Shown here one piece after another: positions 1 through 8,193 of a stretch of 18,320 bases of DNA. The notes under the pieces were generated by a model. The model saw only the letters and a program-made list of their open reading frames with translations, ran no database searches and was not told the DNA's origin. The number at the start of each line of letters is the position of its first letter. Position 1 is the first letter of the stretch. Origin of the DNA: Candidatus Bathyarchaeia archaeon (GTDB lineage Archaea; Thermoproteota; Bathyarchaeia; 40CM-2-53-6). The stretch covers positions 1 to 18,320 of the forward strand of contig JBEKSC010000036.1 of the NCBI GenBank assembly GCA_049517415.1, given 5' to 3'. The translations under genes were made by a program, and so were the position numbers.

Positions 1-185
1 AATACGGGCATCGCTTTCGTGCGAGCACCCTTCACTTGCATCGAGCGTTCAACCGCTGAAGCGTCAAACGGGTCGCATCCTAAGCCGTACACTGTCTCCG
101 TGGGATAGCAGATGAGGCCCCCGTTTCGGACCACGTCCGCGGCTGCAGTCAGACCCTCTAGGTCGGCTCTCAGGACACGTACCAA
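1..185 (-). CDS. sua5: Sua5/TsaC L-threonylcarbamoyladenylate synthase, 5' part (runs off window start)
   Basis: Manual minus-strand translation from TTG at 185: [69 protein letters not shown] is the Sua5/YrdC signature. Not in the ORF track. Confidence 0.92.
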   Translation of the reverse strand, partial: MVRVLRADLEGLTAAADVVRNGGLICYPTETVYGLGCDPFDASAVERSMQVKGARTKAMPV

Positions 186-295
186 TGAAATCGACGAACC
201 TTATGAAACAACCAAGGCCGCGAACTGCTTAAAGATTAGTTCTCAAGACTGACCTACTTCATTGCAGTTATATCGGAAGATGTGAGGCCACTGAC

Positions 296-1249
296 GTGAA
301 GGCCAAGCCTAACAAGATCATTGTTCATGGTGGAGCGGGGTTCTGGAAGAGCGACATCAGAAATGCTTTGATCGGCGTAAGACACGCAGCGTCCTCTGGG
401 TCAATGGTTCTCATGGAAGGCGGCTCCGCGCTCGATGCTGTTGAAACGGCTGTTTCGGCCATGGAAGATGATCCGATATTCAATGCTGGCAGAGGCTCAT
501 CTCTGACCTTCACCGGGGAGGTTGAGATGGATGCAGCCATAATGGATGGAAAGAACCTTTCTGCAGGTGCCGTCGCGCTGGTTAGCAAAATCAAGAATCC
601 AGTCCGTCTGGCCCGTTTGGTCATGGAAAAAACGGACCACGTCCTTGTGGCAGGGCGGACGGCTGAGAGGCTTGCAAAGGCCTACTCACTTCCTACAACG
701 AATCCGATAACCTCGAAGAGGCGCCAAATGCTTCTGAAACTAAAGAGAGACCCGTTAGGATCGCCTTGGGTCCGGAAGAACTCTATATTGCTTCGAAACC
801 ATCCCGAGATCATCAAACATGACACCGTTGGTGCTGTAGCTATGGATGCGGCGGGCAATTTCGCGGCCGCAGCCTCAACTGGTGGAACAACAATGAAGTT
901 ACCCGGCAGAATCGGGGATACCCCGCAGATCGGTTCAGGAGTCTATTCAGACAACCTGTGTGGAGCGGCAACCGTAACTGGCTGGGGTGAGGTGGCCATC
1001 AAGCTGACCCTTTCCAAGGCTGTGTGCATGGCGATGGAGGGAGGGGTGTCAGCATCTAGGGCAGCAGAAGTTGCGGTTAAAACGGCGTCGAAACGTTTGG
1101 GGGGTGACGCTGGCGTAATAGCTATCGACCGTCAAGGCCAACTTGCTGCAGTTCACAATACACCATACCTACCGTGGTCCTTCTGGGCAACTGGGATGGG
1201 GCCCCCTAGAACAGCTTCGCAGGGGAAAATAGTGGCTCCGTTGCGTTGA
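296..1249 (+). CDS. Isoaspartyl peptidase / plant-type L-asparaginase (Ntn hydrolase)
   Basis: HGGAG, FNAGRGS, EMDAAIMDG, autocleavage site D/TVGAVA, STGG and GRIGDTP motifs. GTG start. Confidence 0.93.
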   Translation: MKAKPNKIIVHGGAGFWKSDIRNALIGVRHAASSGSMVLMEGGSALDAVETAVSAMEDDPIFNAGRGSSLTFTGEVEMDAAIMDGKNLSAGAVALVSKIKNPVRLARLVMEKTDHVLVAGRTAERLAKAYSLPTTNPITSKRRQMLLKLKRDPLGSPWVRKNSILLRNHPEIIKHDTVGAVAMDAAGNFAAAASTGGTTMKLPGRIGDTPQIGSGVYSDNLCGAATVTGWGEVAIKLTLSKAVCMAMEGGVSASRAAEVAVKTASKRLGGDAGVIAIDRQGQLAAVHNTPYLPWSFWATGMGPPRTASQGKIVAPLR

Positions 1250-1312
1250 GCATCGAGGCAACGAGAATGTCATTTGACACCCTGAAAGTCTGCTGCAGAT
1301 AATCAAAATCGG

Positions 1313-1327
1313 CCAAAAGTTTTAAAG
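1313..1327 (+). promoter_or_regulatory. Putative archaeal BRE/TATA promoter upstream of the acidic microprotein and ABCE1
   Basis: CCAAAAG followed by TTTTAAAG, about 50 nt upstream of the TTG at 1377. SD-like GGGAG at 1363-1367. Confidence 0.5.
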
Positions 1328-1376
1328 CGCCACCTTAGGGGGGTTAAACGAGTTCTTGTTACGGGAGTTTCTTCTC

Positions 1377-1475
1377 TTGAGTGAAGACGAAAATTGGGAC
1401 GATGGAGAAGAAGACGACTGGACAGATGACGAATGGGGCGAAGATGATGGCTGGGGAGAAGAAGAGGATTGGTGA
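1377..1475 (+). CDS. Unannotated 32-aa acidic, Trp-rich microprotein
   Basis: TTG...TGA reads MSEDENWDDGEEDDWTDDEWGEDDGWGEEEDW (19 D/E, 5 W, no basic residues). It has an upstream SD-like and TATA-like element and fills the gap before ABCE1. Confidence 0.72.
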   Translation: MSEDENWDDGEEDDWTDDEWGEDDGWGEEEDW

Positions 1476-1553
1476 CTGAGCCCCGCATCAAATCGCACTT
1501 ATGATTAGGACTCTTCAACTGAAGTTCTCTAGCCAAAACAGAGTTGATTGTGA

Positions 1554-3332
1554 TTGTTACGAGTAGCCACACTAGATAAGGAGCATTGTAAACCCGACGA
1601 TTGCGGAATACCTTGCTATCGGTTCTGCCCTGAGGTCTTGAACCGAAGGTACGCAATTAAGTTCATAGCCGGACAAAAAAAACCGATCATAGATGAAGAC
1701 CTTTGCACAGGCTGCGGAATCTGCATTAAGAAATGCCCCTTCGATGCCATCGGCATCGTAAAACTCCCACAGGAACTAGACGGGGAATGTATTCATAGCT
1801 ACGGCGTCAATGAGTTCAAGCTTTTCAGGCTGCCCGTCCCACAAACAGGGAAAGTCATAGGCCTCATCGGCCGCAACGGAACAGGTAAGAGTACAGCTCT
1901 CAAGATGCTGGCCGGCGAGCTCACACCGAACTTCGGTTTGCTAGAAACACCCACCAACTGGGACACGGCCCTAACAAGGTACCGAGGAACATTACTGCAC
2001 GAATACTTTAGCAAACTTGCAGCCAAGAAACTGAGAGTAGTTCACAAACCTCAACATGTCGACAAGCTCGCAACGGGTCTCGAAGGCAGGATCGGGCAAC
2101 TACTAAAGAAGGTTGACGAGCGTAGTAAACTCCCCGAACTTGCCAAAGACCTTGAACTAGAAACACTCTTCGAGAGAGAACCAAGCATGCTAAGTGGCGG
2201 CGAGTTGCAACGCGTCGCTATCGCGGCCGCCATTTCACGGGACGCAGATGTATACATTTTCGACGAACCCTCCAGCTACCTGGATATCTACCAAAGAATG
2301 CGAGCCGCACGAAGCATAAGAAAACTCGTCGGCGAGGCCAAGTCAGTGATTGTTGCTGAACACGACCTGGCTATGCTCGACTACTTATCTGATGAAGTCT
2401 ATTTGGTCTATGGGCAACCAAGCTCGTATGGAATCGTCTCGCACGTCCACCCCACGAGGGGCGGAATCAACGACTATCTAATAGGATTCCTGCCCGATGA
2501 GAACATGCGTTTTCGAGACGAACCTATCCGTTTCCACGTAAGGCCACCGAGAGAGATAGACGCCGAATCACAAACCAAACTAGAATGGCCACAGGTAAGC
2601 AAGACTGTTGGAAAATTCCACCTTCAAGTCGAAAACGGCTCCATAAAGTCGGGAGAAATTGTTGGCATACTGGGGGCCAACGGGATTGGAAAAACCACAT
2701 TCATCAAAGAACTGTTGGATTACTACAGTAGATCAGGCCAAAACCAACTGCAGGTGAGTTACAAGCCCCAATACATTGCCTCAGCCTACGACGGAACGGT
2801 CGATGGGCTTCTAACAGGTGCCGCCGACGATTATTCCTCGGCTCTATTCACTGATGAAGTGATACGACCTCTATCCATAACCAAATTGCTCGAGAGGAAG
2901 ATCGGGCAACTAAGCGGGGGGGAATTGCAGCGTGTTGCAATTGCGGCTTGTCTGGGGAAGTCAGCTCAAGTATACTTGCTCGATGAGCCAAGCGCCTTCT
3001 TAGATGTCGAGGAAAGGTTGAACGTGGCCAAAGCATTGAGGCATTTGGTCGACTCACGCCAATCTTTCGCTTTCGTGGTTGAGCATGACATAGTCGCCCA
3101 AGATTTCCTTGCAGACCGCATCATGGTCTTCAAGGGTTTGCCTAGCATTAGCGGCCAAGGTTCCACTCCAATGCCAATGCGTGACGCGATGAACTTTTTC
3201 CTTTGCGAGATGGGCATAACGTTTAGGCGAGACCCCGAAACCAAACGGCCACGCATAAACAAGGTCGATAGCAAGTTGGATAAAGAGCAGAAGAATTCTG
3301 GCGAGTTCTACTACGCTGCAGCTACTGAATAA
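1554..3332 (+). CDS. rli: Ribosome recycling ATPase ABCE1/Rli1
   Basis: N-terminal Fe-S domain (CKPDDCGIPCYRFCP, CTGCGICIKKCP), two ABC NBDs (GRNGTGKS and GANGIGKTT, LSGGELQR twice, DEPS twice), C-terminal TFRRD..RPRINK hinge. Confidence 0.98.
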   Translation: MLRVATLDKEHCKPDDCGIPCYRFCPEVLNRRYAIKFIAGQKKPIIDEDLCTGCGICIKKCPFDAIGIVKLPQELDGECIHSYGVNEFKLFRLPVPQTGKVIGLIGRNGTGKSTALKMLAGELTPNFGLLETPTNWDTALTRYRGTLLHEYFSKLAAKKLRVVHKPQHVDKLATGLEGRIGQLLKKVDERSKLPELAKDLELETLFEREPSMLSGGELQRVAIAAAISRDADVYIFDEPSSYLDIYQRMRAARSIRKLVGEAKSVIVAEHDLAMLDYLSDEVYLVYGQPSSYGIVSHVHPTRGGINDYLIGFLPDENMRFRDEPIRFHVRPPREIDAESQTKLEWPQVSKTVGKFHLQVENGSIKSGEIVGILGANGIGKTTFIKELLDYYSRSGQNQLQVSYKPQYIASAYDGTVDGLLTGAADDYSSALFTDEVIRPLSITKLLERKIGQLSGGELQRVAIAACLGKSAQVYLLDEPSAFLDVEERLNVAKALRHLVDSRQSFAFVVEHDIVAQDFLADRIMVFKGLPSISGQGSTPMPMRDAMNFFLCEMGITFRRDPETKRPRINKVDSKLDKEQKNSGEFYYAAATE

Positions 3333-3372
3333 TGTGCTACAGGTTTAACTAGCGCGCCTCCAACCTACTCGC

Positions 3373-3603
3373 ATGGAGACCAAACGCCAAGTGACAACGA
3401 ACTACTGCCTCGAATGTGGTGGAGTACTCAGCTACGATAGCGCACTCAAACAATACACATGCAAGAGCTGCGGCCTCACGGTGAGCGCCCAGCAATTAAT
3501 GGAAGGCCGACTGAAGATTCGCGAACGCGAATCGCCCGAAGAGCAACGCAGGCGCAAGCAGAATGAGTATTTGAAATGGTGGCTCTCGAAGAAAGCTGAC
3601 TAG
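3373..3603 (+). CDS. Small zinc-ribbon protein (CxxC...CxxC) with charged helix and YLKWWLSKK tail
   Basis: CLECGG...YTCKSCG. 76 aa, co-oriented, 40 nt after the ABCE1 stop. Confidence 0.8.
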   Translation: METKRQVTTNYCLECGGVLSYDSALKQYTCKSCGLTVSAQQLMEGRLKIRERESPEEQRRRKQNEYLKWWLSKKAD

Positions 3604-3713
3604 GATTCCACCATTTCCTGTTACGAACGTAACAGGTCCCCGTGAGTTTTCCAGAAGATATGCTGTTTAATCGATAATAATTAGTTCGACACCTCTAATG
3701 AGGGTAAATCAGA

Positions 3714-4526
3714 TTGCCTTACACCGTCGAGATACTCTCCGTAGGCAACGAACTCCTACTCGGGAATACTGTCAACACTAATGCCTCGTGGATTGCAACC
3801 CAAGTCACTAACCTTGGAGGGAAGGTAACTCGAATAACGACCGTGGCCGACAATCTCGGCGAAATCTCTCGTTCCATAAGAGAAGCGTTGGAAAGGAAGC
3901 CCAACCTGTTAATCACGACGGGCGGAATCGGCCCCACTTTTGACGATATGACTCTCAAGGGAGTGGCAAAGGCTCTCCACTTACGGATTAGGCTAAGCAA
4001 GGCGGCTGTTGAAATGATTCGAGCTCATTATGCCCGAAGGTTCCCGAACCGAAGACTCACTTTGGCCAAACCCCGCCTCAAGATGGCAATGATCCCGGTC
4101 ACGTCTACTCCCGTAAGTAATCCCGTTGGAACGGCACCTGCCGTTAGGTTGACGGTTCGTGGCACGGAGATTTTCTGTTTACCTGGCGTACCCAGCGAGG
4201 CAAAAGCAATTTTCAAAGCAACTGTTTCGGAGGTCGTCAGCGCAAGGACGCACGGGATGACGTTCGTTGAGAAGTGGATTAGGGTTCAAGGGATAATGGA
4301 GTCCTCTCTGGCACCGATTATTGACCGTGTTATGCGGCAATGGCCTGGTGTCTACATTAAGTCTCATCCCAGAGGAGTTGAAGCAACTGGTCGGCCGAAC
4401 CTCGAGCTCCACTTTTCCATCTCTTCGCTATCACGACTAAAGGCACGGGAATCTGTTGGCGGTGCAGTTAACGATCTAAAGAAGGAGCTGAAAGATTCCG
4501 GGGCGCGAATTACAGACTCTGCATGA
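3714..4526 (+). CDS. CinA-like molybdopterin-binding-fold (COG1058) protein, without a PncC deamidase domain
   Basis: GNELLLGNTVNTNA, TTGGIGPTFDDMT, NPVGTAP and LPGVPSE motifs. 270 aa. Confidence 0.88.
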   Translation: MPYTVEILSVGNELLLGNTVNTNASWIATQVTNLGGKVTRITTVADNLGEISRSIREALERKPNLLITTGGIGPTFDDMTLKGVAKALHLRIRLSKAAVEMIRAHYARRFPNRRLTLAKPRLKMAMIPVTSTPVSNPVGTAPAVRLTVRGTEIFCLPGVPSEAKAIFKATVSEVVSARTHGMTFVEKWIRVQGIMESSLAPIIDRVMRQWPGVYIKSHPRGVEATGRPNLELHFSISSLSRLKARESVGGAVNDLKKELKDSGARITDSA

Positions 4527-4548
4527 AGATTACGAATGAGTTCAGTGG

Positions 4549-6369
4549 TCAAAGCCGCACGTAACGTTGCACGTTTTCTTCTATGACCTTCAGGCTGCTC
4601 CGCCAGAAACCCGGTTTTCGAAGGTCAATTTCAAATCTCTGCGCAAGTTTCATCGGGGTCGCTTCTCCCGTGCTGGCCAAAAGAGCTTCATAATCCTTAA
4701 CGAAAGGGCGACCACGCTCTTTGTAAATTGAATACAATCCTGTTCCAAAAAGCAGGCCGAATGCGTAAGGGTAGTTGTAGAATGAAAACGATGGAATGTA
4801 ATAGTGACCTTTCCACGCCCACATGTATTTGTGGAGGAAACGTTCGTCCAGAGCTTCACCGTAAGTGGCTTTTTGGCATCTTAGCATAATTTCGCAAAAG
4901 TCATCTGCCGACAGTTCGGAGTTAACCCGGCGCTCAAATACTTCCTTCTCGAAAAGGAATCGTGAAGTTATGTCAACGACCAGCTGTGTGGCCCCTGTTA
5001 GTGACGTTTCCAGGATAGCCAGTTCTTCCTCACGATTTGCAGCTTCGGATAAGACGGCGTTCGAGATTATAGTCTCATTCATGATTGAGGCAGTCTCAGC
5101 CAAGGTCATCGGGGTAATTCTTTGCACTATCGTTTTGCCCACCTGGCATTCATTGTGGAATGCATGCCCTAATTCATGGGCAACGGTCGAGACCTGTTCA
5201 AGCGACCCATCGAAATTGCACAGTATACGTGATTCTTCTACCCCGGGCACACCCATGCAGAAACCACCTCCTCGTTTACCATTACGTGGCTCTGCATCGA
5301 TCCAATGATTATCAAAGGCCTTCTGCGCTAACATGGCTAGCCGGGCACTGAAGGTTCGGAATTGAGTTACGAGGAGCTTCTCAGTCTCCGCCCAACTGTA
5401 GCGGCGTTCGCTTTTGCCGACTGGTGCGAAGAGATCCCACCACGGAAGCTTATCCCCGCCTAATAACTTGGCTTTGGCGAGAAGATATCGCCTGAAGATA
5501 GGAAACGACTCCTGCATTGTCGCCATCATTGTATTGAGAGTGTCACGGTCAATCCTTGAGGCGTCGAGTGACGCATGAAGTGCGTCGATTCGACCACGAC
5601 GCTTTTCCAACGTGTTTACGCTGCCTTTGACTCCGTTCAGGGCAGCCGCCAATGGTTCACGTACGACCTCCCAGGCTGCAAGCTCAGCCTCGTATGCGCG
5701 GCGGCGAATTTCGGGGTCATAATGAGTGTTGAGGTTCTGCAACGCCGTGATTGGTAATTTCTGCTTCTTGCCCTCCAATTCAAAATCTACGCTAATCTGT
5801 GAGCAGACAGTGCCTTGCAGTTTCCCCCATGCATTTGACCCGCTGAGCTCAAGGTCTGCCGCGAGAGATTCCTCTGCATCGGTCATGAGGAAACGGCTCT
5901 GCTCTGCTGTTTCGCGAAGATAGAAGCCATGAGCCTGAGCTACACCTGCCTGGGCCAAGGCTTGAGGTAAGAGCGATGCAATGCTCCCGATCCATCCTTT
6001 GAAGAAGACTTCTTGCTTCTGTAATTTGACACCAACCATCTCAAGTTCTGATTGCAAGCGCTTTGCTACGGTATTGTAGGAGTCGGTCGACACGTACGAT
6101 CCCACGTATGCGTGGAGAGTTAAGTAGAGGCGGAGTGCTGCGTTCGTAAGAGCCAAGTATTCATCAATAGCGAATTTCACTCCTCCAGTAGCTGTCTCGG
6201 CTTTGTTAACTGGTGCCCTGGAAATCTTATGGTCAACTATGTAGGCGTCAATCGCGTCGATTTGGACATTCAAATCAGCAAATGCCTTCATGAACTGCTC
6301 TGAATCCAGAGCGGGATAGACATTAGAAAGATCCCATCTAGGCAACGTTCCACGATCCTGATTCACCAA
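4549..6369 (-). CDS. pepF: M3B family oligoendopeptidase F
   Basis: LPRWDLSNVYP N-terminus, GKRGGGFC, HELGH zinc motif, TLAETAS, FYNYPYAFG. The real start is probably TTG 6369 or GTG 6366; the ORF extends to 6453. Confidence 0.93.
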   Translation of the reverse strand: MVNQDRGTLPRWDLSNVYPALDSEQFMKAFADLNVQIDAIDAYIVDHKISRAPVNKAETATGGVKFAIDEYLALTNAALRLYLTLHAYVGSYVSTDSYNTVAKRLQSELEMVGVKLQKQEVFFKGWIGSIASLLPQALAQAGVAQAHGFYLRETAEQSRFLMTDAEESLAADLELSGSNAWGKLQGTVCSQISVDFELEGKKQKLPITALQNLNTHYDPEIRRRAYEAELAAWEVVREPLAAALNGVKGSVNTLEKRRGRIDALHASLDASRIDRDTLNTMMATMQESFPIFRRYLLAKAKLLGGDKLPWWDLFAPVGKSERRYSWAETEKLLVTQFRTFSARLAMLAQKAFDNHWIDAEPRNGKRGGGFCMGVPGVEESRILCNFDGSLEQVSTVAHELGHAFHNECQVGKTIVQRITPMTLAETASIMNETIISNAVLSEAANREEELAILETSLTGATQLVVDITSRFLFEKEVFERRVNSELSADDFCEIMLRCQKATYGEALDERFLHKYMWAWKGHYYIPSFSFYNYPYAFGLLFGTGLYSIYKERGRPFVKDYEALLASTGEATPMKLAQRFEIDLRKPGFWRSSLKVIEENVQRYVRL

Positions 6370-6482
6370 ACTAGTCCGCCCGCAATACCTAGAGCCTGCC
6401 TTTCCTAGCCCCATAAATTTTCCCACAGTACTCCAAATAGCCTGGACCATCATCTAGTCGTGGTCAGGGTGTGTGTCTGAGG

Positions 6483-7247
6483 GTGACAAACACGGTATTT
6501 TTGGTGGGGATGGCTGGTTCTGGAAAATCTTCTCTCACAGCTTCCTATTCGGAATGGTTGAAGGAGAGTGATCAGGACGTCCTAGTTGCCAACTTCGACC
6601 CCGGCGCGACGGCAATACCATATAATCCTGACATCGATGCACGGAAGTACGTGGATGTGGAGAACTTAATGCTCGATTACAAGCTCGGGCCCAATGGTGC
6701 CTTAATCATGGCCTCCGATTTACTAGCCGACCACCTAGAAGAGATTCGGGAGGAGGTTGAGGATGCCAACCCCGACATTCTCCTAGTAGACACGCCTGGT
6801 CAGATAGAGCTGTTCGCATTTAGGGAAGGAGGGCGTTTCATGGCAAACGAGTTGACCGGAGAGAAACGCGCAGTGATTTATTTGATGGATGCACCCTTCG
6901 TACGGTTCCCGCTCAACTTTGTCTCAAGCATATACCTCGCGGCCGCAATAGCCAGTAGAATCATGCAACCCCAAATCTATGCCCTTTCCAAAACTGACCT
7001 TGTCACGGATCAGGATGTTGATACGATTATCGAATGGGCCACCGAGCGCGAAGCTTTCGCGGAATCATTGCGGAACGTTGAAGAACAAAACCTGTCCATG
7101 ATTTCGATGAATTTGGCGACCGCAGTCTTCGAAAGCGGGTTGTTGTCCGAACCCATCCCGGTATCTTCGAAAGACAATTCAGGAATGGTTGAACTCAACG
7201 CGGCTGTTACAAGAGTTCTAACCGGCGGCGAGGAACAATCCTCGTGA
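6483..7247 (+). CDS. GPN-loop GTPase (XAB1/GPN family)
   Basis: GMAGSGKS P-loop, NFDPG, LGPNGA (GPN loop), DTPGQIELF, SKTD. Start is GTG 6483 or 6471. Confidence 0.93.
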   Translation: MTNTVFLVGMAGSGKSSLTASYSEWLKESDQDVLVANFDPGATAIPYNPDIDARKYVDVENLMLDYKLGPNGALIMASDLLADHLEEIREEVEDANPDILLVDTPGQIELFAFREGGRFMANELTGEKRAVIYLMDAPFVRFPLNFVSSIYLAAAIASRIMQPQIYALSKTDLVTDQDVDTIIEWATEREAFAESLRNVEEQNLSMISMNLATAVFESGLLSEPIPVSSKDNSGMVELNAAVTRVLTGGEEQSS

Positions 7248-7320
7248 GGGAAGATTCTCAGACCATGACTACGGACTTTGATTGAAACTGCACAATTCAG
7301 TTCAAGGGTTGATTCAATTT

Positions 7321-8025
7321 ATGCTACCAGCAACGGTTGAACGAATTCTTCAAACTGCGAGGATGCAAAAGAGAAAGTACCTCCTTGAACCCGAAGCTAA
7401 AGAAATTTGTCTTGCCTACGGTATGCCCACACCCGCCTTTGGCGTCGCACAAGACCCCTCTGAGGCGATAGAGCTAGCAAGTGAAATCGGGTTCCCTGTG
7501 GTCCTAAAGGTTGTATCTCAGGATGTTTTGCATAAGACCGAAGCTGGAGGTGTCCTGCTCGACCTGAATTCAAAGGAACAGGTTGAAGATGGGTATGACC
7601 AAATTATCCGCAAAGTCCGAGCATATAATGATAAGGCTAGAATCTCGGGCGTCCTGGTGCAACACATGGCTCCCAAGGGTGTGGAGGTAATTGTCGGAGG
7701 GCTTCGAGATAGCCAGTTCGGCCCGACCGTTCTGTTTGGCCTCGGCGGGATCTTTGTCGAAGTTCTCAAGGACGCCAGTTTTAGGGTATCGCCGCTGAGT
7801 GAACTCGACTCCCGCCAGATGATCCGAGAGATTCACGCCTATTCGATTCTACAGGGCGCCAGGGGCCAACCTGCGTCAGACGAAGAAGCAATCGTGCGAA
7901 TTCTACAATCAACTTCAAAGATCATGATGGAAAACCAAGCAATACAACAAATGGACCTCAACCCAGTCATCGTATACGCGTCAGGCGCCAACATAGTCGA
8001 CGCAAGGATCATACTCGGCGAATAA
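7321..8025 (+). CDS. ADP-forming acyl/acetyl-CoA synthetase beta subunit (ATP-grasp)
   Basis: LLEPEAK, GFPVVLKVVS, HKTEAGGV, QFGPTVLFGLGGIFVEVLKD, DLNPV and VDARI motifs. Start is ATG 7321 or TTG 7282. Confidence 0.9.
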   Translation: MLPATVERILQTARMQKRKYLLEPEAKEICLAYGMPTPAFGVAQDPSEAIELASEIGFPVVLKVVSQDVLHKTEAGGVLLDLNSKEQVEDGYDQIIRKVRAYNDKARISGVLVQHMAPKGVEVIVGGLRDSQFGPTVLFGLGGIFVEVLKDASFRVSPLSELDSRQMIREIHAYSILQGARGQPASDEEAIVRILQSTSKIMMENQAIQQMDLNPVIVYASGANIVDARIILGE

Positions 8026-8042
8026 GGACACGGTTACGCCAC

Positions 8043-8089
8043 ACAACGCATTATATACAACGCCCAGACTGTCTGCGTACATCCCAGAC
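8043..8089 (+). promoter_or_regulatory. Putative TATA box (TTATATA 8051-8057) with flanking short repeats
   Basis: ACAACGC at 8043 and 8057, CCCAGAC at 8063 and 8083, palindrome CAGAC-T-GTCTG at 8065-8075. Confidence 0.45.
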
Positions 8090-8193
8090 CGCGTGTTGAC
8101 TTTGAAACTTATGTACCCGCGACGGTTTGCTTCACTTCTTGGAGTGCGTCTGTTCGGCAGTGGGAATGAAGTTGCCGCCTAGGTGGTAGTAAA

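Noticed and set aside
1501..1522. C/D-box-like ATGATTA...CTGA upstream of ABCE1
   Set aside because: Only one box pair 11 nt apart, no convincing second pair, and no rRNA or tRNA target that I could identify. It may just be promoter sequence.
1303..1656. 117-aa minus-strand ORF
   Set aside because: It is the antisense shadow of the acidic microprotein and the ABCE1 start, with no family motifs.
1675..1682. A8 run in ABCE1 as a possible slippage or frameshift site
   Set aside because: The reading frame is intact (QKKP), both Fe-S motifs are in frame, and no meaningful alternative-frame product is evident.
6370..6453. N-terminal extension of the pepF ORF
   Set aside because: It lies upstream of the family's usual WDLS start region and would occupy the divergent promoter space shared with the GPN GTPase.
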